From IMG/VR virus record IMGVR_UViG_2882238243_000002, positions 32,001 to 96,000 of that record: 64,000 bases of DNA. The stretch is one strand, 5' to 3'. The position numbers were made by a program, and so were the translations under genes. Of this stretch, positions 60,912 to 64,000 are shown piece by piece; within the stretch, counting starts at the first letter, position 1; each line of letters begins with the position of its first letter. The notes under the pieces are model-generated. The model saw only the letters and a list, made by a program, of their open reading frames with translations. It had not been told where the DNA came from and searched no databases. This DNA is from a virus. Taxonomy: Duplodnaviria > Caudoviricetes.

Positions 60912-62966
60912 ATGGGATTTATTAAATTCAAAGAGGAATTGCAAAAGCATTTTAAAGAAATGACTAAAGATGTGACACATTTATTTGAGGTGGAAGTAGA
61001 TAAGGATGAATTATGGAATACCTATCTTAGTAGTTATCCACCCGGTACTAATAAAATATTTAGAGAACGTACAGAAAATGATTGCAGTTGTTGCCGACAC
61101 TTTATTAAAAATATTGGCAACGCAGTTATTATCAAAGACAATCAAGTACATACAGTTTGGGATTTAGAACTAAATGATACTACATATCAACCAGTAGCAA
61201 ATGCATTGGCATCTTTTATTAAATCTAATGTTGTAACTGATATCTATATTAGTAAGGAAAAGAAAATTGGCACCGATTTCAATTATGAAGATATGAACGG
61301 AAAAATGCATAAATGGGATCATTTTTATCTTGACTTACCGGACAAGTTTGTTGATAGAAGTAGCCGTTCAATTGGAGATATTCAGGGAGGATTTAGAGAT
61401 ACAAGAAATGTATTTAAGCGTTCATTAGATGAAATTTCTATAAGTGCACTTGATACAGTTTTAGAACTTATCAATTCGAATACTCTCTACAAAGGTGAAG
61501 AATGGAAAGGCGTACTTACAGAATTTCGTAAATATAAGAAAGAATATGACAAATTATCATCCGAAAAAGAGAAAGAATTATATACATGGGAACAATCTGT
61601 AAAAGCTGGTGTGGCTATTGGCAGAATTAGAAACCATAGTATTGGAACATTGCTCGTTAATATCAGTGAAGATATGGATTTAGACTTAGCTGTTAAGAAA
61701 TATGAACAGATAGTAGCTCCGTCGAATTATAAACGCCCAAAGGCTATTTTTACCAAGAAAATGCTTGAAGACGCACAGAAAACTATTACAGAATTGGGTT
61801 ATATGGATTCGTTAAATAGAAGATTTGCAACGCTTGATGATATTACGGTGAATAATATTCTTTTCTCAAATAAGGATTCCGCTAAAAGAATTGTGGGAGT
61901 GGATGATATTTTTGGAGAAATGGAAAAAGATGTTGTTGTAAATCCTAAGAGATTTTCTAAGGTAGAGGATGTTACTGCAAAAGATTTTATTGACAATGTA
62001 CTTCCAACTACAAAAGAGGTTGAGGTGTTTGTAGAGAATAAACATGATAAGAATTTTGTATCTTTAATTGCCCCAATTAATCCAGATGCTAAAACAATGT
62101 TTAAGTGGAATAATGGAATGAGTTGGGCTTACACAGGAAATATCACAGATAGTGACATGAAACAAAACGTGAAGGCTGCCGGTGGTAATGTAGATGGTGT
62201 TTTAAGATTTTCCATTCAATGGAATGAGGATGGAAAAGACAATTGTGATTTGGATGCACATTGTAAAGAGCCTAATGGTAATGAGATTTATTTCGGCTCT
62301 GATAGAAAACCAGATGTTTCAAGGTTGGGTGGTCAGTTGGATGTTGATATTGTTAATCCTGGTGGTAAAGTAGCTGTTGAAAATATTACATGGGCAGATC
62401 AATTAAAAATGCAACCAGGTATATATAGATTTTTCGCACACCAATATTCTGGTAGTGTGAGAAATGGATTTAGGGCAGAGATTGAATTCAATGGTGAAAT
62501 CTATTCATTCGATTATAATAAATCAATAAGAAGTGGTGAGAATGTTCAAGTAGCAGAAGTTACTTTGGATGTAAACGGAGAATTTACCATTAAAGAGAAA
62601 TTATCTGGTAGTTCAACGATTTCAAGTAGGGATGTTTGGGGAGTGAGTACAAATCAGTTTACACCAGTTTCCGTGATTTGCTATAGCCCTAACTACTTTG
62701 ATGAGCAAGACGGTATTGGACACAGACATCTGTTCTTCATGTTGAAAGATTGTGTGAATCCAGAGTCACCGAATGGCTACTATAACGAGTTTTTAAAGAA
62801 TGAGTTAGCAGACCATAAAAGGGTTTTCGAGGCATTGGGAGCAAAGTGCAAGGTAGAAGATTTAGAAGATCAGCTTTCAGGAGTTGGATTTAGTATGACA
62901 AAGCGAGCTGATTTAATAGTTAAAGTAAAAGGCGCAACAGAAAGAGTAATGAAAATTAAATTTTAA
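60912..62966 (+). CDS. Large conserved phage hypothetical protein
   Basis: 684 aa; CSCCRHF motif and C-terminal DLDAHCKEP...LDVD...VENITW domain. Confidence 0.65.
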   Translation: MGFIKFKEELQKHFKEMTKDVTHLFEVEVDKDELWNTYLSSYPPGTNKIFRERTENDCSCCRHFIKNIGNAVIIKDNQVHTVWDLELNDTTYQPVANALASFIKSNVVTDIYISKEKKIGTDFNYEDMNGKMHKWDHFYLDLPDKFVDRSSRSIGDIQGGFRDTRNVFKRSLDEISISALDTVLELINSNTLYKGEEWKGVLTEFRKYKKEYDKLSSEKEKELYTWEQSVKAGVAIGRIRNHSIGTLLVNISEDMDLDLAVKKYEQIVAPSNYKRPKAIFTKKMLEDAQKTITELGYMDSLNRRFATLDDITVNNILFSNKDSAKRIVGVDDIFGEMEKDVVVNPKRFSKVEDVTAKDFIDNVLPTTKEVEVFVENKHDKNFVSLIAPINPDAKTMFKWNNGMSWAYTGNITDSDMKQNVKAAGGNVDGVLRFSIQWNEDGKDNCDLDAHCKEPNGNEIYFGSDRKPDVSRLGGQLDVDIVNPGGKVAVENITWADQLKMQPGIYRFFAHQYSGSVRNGFRAEIEFNGEIYSFDYNKSIRSGENVQVAEVTLDVNGEFTIKEKLSGSSTISSRDVWGVSTNQFTPVSVICYSPNYFDEQDGIGHRHLFFMLKDCVNPESPNGYYNEFLKNELADHKRVFEALGAKCKVEDLEDQLSGVGFSMTKRADLIVKVKGATERVMKIKF

Positions 62967-62968
62967 TT

Positions 62969-64000
62969 TGGTCCTATGTCAAGATTTAGTACAAGTTAAA
63001 ATGAGAAAAAATTCCTCACATTAACTTGCTAGAAGCAGGCGGCCATCTTGGCTCTGCTCATATAGTTTTTCAAAGTCATTTGGTGACATATAATCACAGT
63101 GACTGTGGATACGTTTTGTATTATAAAATGCCTCTAGATATTCAAATACGAGGCGATAAGCCTGGTCGAAATCGAGGATATGAAATCGGTTCAGCCACTC
63201 CCGTTTTATGAGTGCATGAAATGATTCAATACATGCATTATCCCATGGGAAGGCCTTTTTTGAATAACTACGCTTCATATTTTCGGTTGCTTCGTTGTAG
63301 GCTTTTGAAACATACTGAGAGCCGCGATCGCTGTGTATAATCAACGGAAGATCTGTTTTGCGACGTGCTTTTGCTTTGGTTATGGCATCAATTACACAAG
63401 AAACCTCTAACGTTTCTGAAAGTGTCCATGCAATGATTTTCCTGGAATACAAATCCATAATGCTTGTCAGATAGACAAATCCGTCTACGGTCCAAATATA
63501 AGTGATATCGGTGCACCAAACAGCGTTAGGGCGGTCAGGATTGAATTGTTCATCAAGGATATTTTGAAGTTCGTTACTAAAATCAGAATCTTTTGTAGTG
63601 ATTGTCCATGGTTTTACCCATTGCGCTTTAATTCCCATTTCCTTCATGTAGGTACCAACCGTTCGTTCTGCAATAACTTCTCCCTTTTTTTTGAGCTCTT
63701 TGGTGATTTTGGGAGCACCATAGTTTTGTTTGGAGCCATCATAAATCTCTCTTATTTTGGCCTTTATAGTTTTCTTTCGTACGAGTGTATTTGAAGGAGT
63801 TTTTCTTAAAAATGCGAAATATCCCGATCGTGAAACGCCTAAGATTCGCAGCACTCTGGAGACAGAAACACGGCGTCCGTTTTTCTTGGAAGCTTCTGTC
63901 TTCTCAGATACTTCGAGGTAAATGGCTTGCGTCATTTTCCCAGAATGCCGATGGCTTTTTTTAACACATCAAGTGCATCCTGTGTGTCGCGCAATTCACG
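62969..64000 (-). mobile_element. IS3-family insertion sequence (one end inside the window)
   Basis: End begins TG at 62969, two bases after the stop of the 684-aa gene; OrfA 3' end overlaps the OrfB start (ATGA). Confidence 0.85.
63021..63935 (-). CDS. IS3 transposase OrfB (DDE integrase core)
   Basis: YGAPKI, WCTDITY, HSDRGSQY, DNACIESFH, YNTKRIHS. Confidence 0.93.
   Translation of the reverse strand: MTQAIYLEVSEKTEASKKNGRRVSVSRVLRILGVSRSGYFAFLRKTPSNTLVRKKTIKAKIREIYDGSKQNYGAPKITKELKKKGEVIAERTVGTYMKEMGIKAQWVKPWTITTKDSDFSNELQNILDEQFNPDRPNAVWCTDITYIWTVDGFVYLTSIMDLYSRKIIAWTLSETLEVSCVIDAITKAKARRKTDLPLIIHSDRGSQYVSKAYNEATENMKRSYSKKAFPWDNACIESFHALIKREWLNRFHILDFDQAYRLVFEYLEAFYNTKRIHSHCDYMSPNDFEKLYEQSQDGRLLLAS

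Larger units (their letters stand above)
1..62966. mobile_element. Large SPbeta-like temperate phage/prophage region (both ends lie outside the window)
   Basis: Terminase-portal-head protease module, YonO-type RNAP next to HU, YonK/YonJ-like genes, antirepressors, ArdA, tRNAs and a DGR; divergent two-arm layout; no host housekeeping genes. Confidence 0.9.

Overview
The window is a low-GC segment of a large temperate phage or prophage with SPbeta-like gene content, probably from a Firmicutes/Clostridia host (inferred from GC content and gene families). It has two divergent arms that meet at a ~2 kb non-coding region (~26.2-28.1 kb). The left arm (- strand) carries a putative replication/HTH protein, a CoiA-like nuclease, a YonO-type single-subunit RNA polymerase, two HU-like proteins, YonK/YonJ-like genes, a Rha antirepressor, a tyrosine recombinase, four tRNA genes (one degenerate), virion accessory genes, an inverted Ku-LigD NHEJ cassette, terminase, portal and a truncated head protease/scaffold gene. 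The right arm (+ strand) carries many HTH regulators, three antirepressor-like genes, ArdA, a long array of small hypothetical genes, a second tyrosine recombinase, a LexA-boxed DinB/SRAP cassette, MazF, a sigma factor, a DUF262-like protein, a complete diversity-generating retroelement (target-VR, hairpin, Avd, TR, RT) and the end of an IS3 element. The most striking unexplained signal is a 16-bp imperfect palindrome, TGAAA-N6-TTTCA, found at about 30 gene junctions of the small-gene array and at the 3' ends of both recombinase genes and of the DGR RT. It looks like an integron-like gene-cassette system. Other signals: an orientation-locked AAAC(G/A)GAGAAT motif (candidate phage promoter), repeated antisense-promoter/hairpin modules, several structured ncRNA candidates and repeated ATA/ATT/ATC start codons. 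All calls were made by eye, without database searches.
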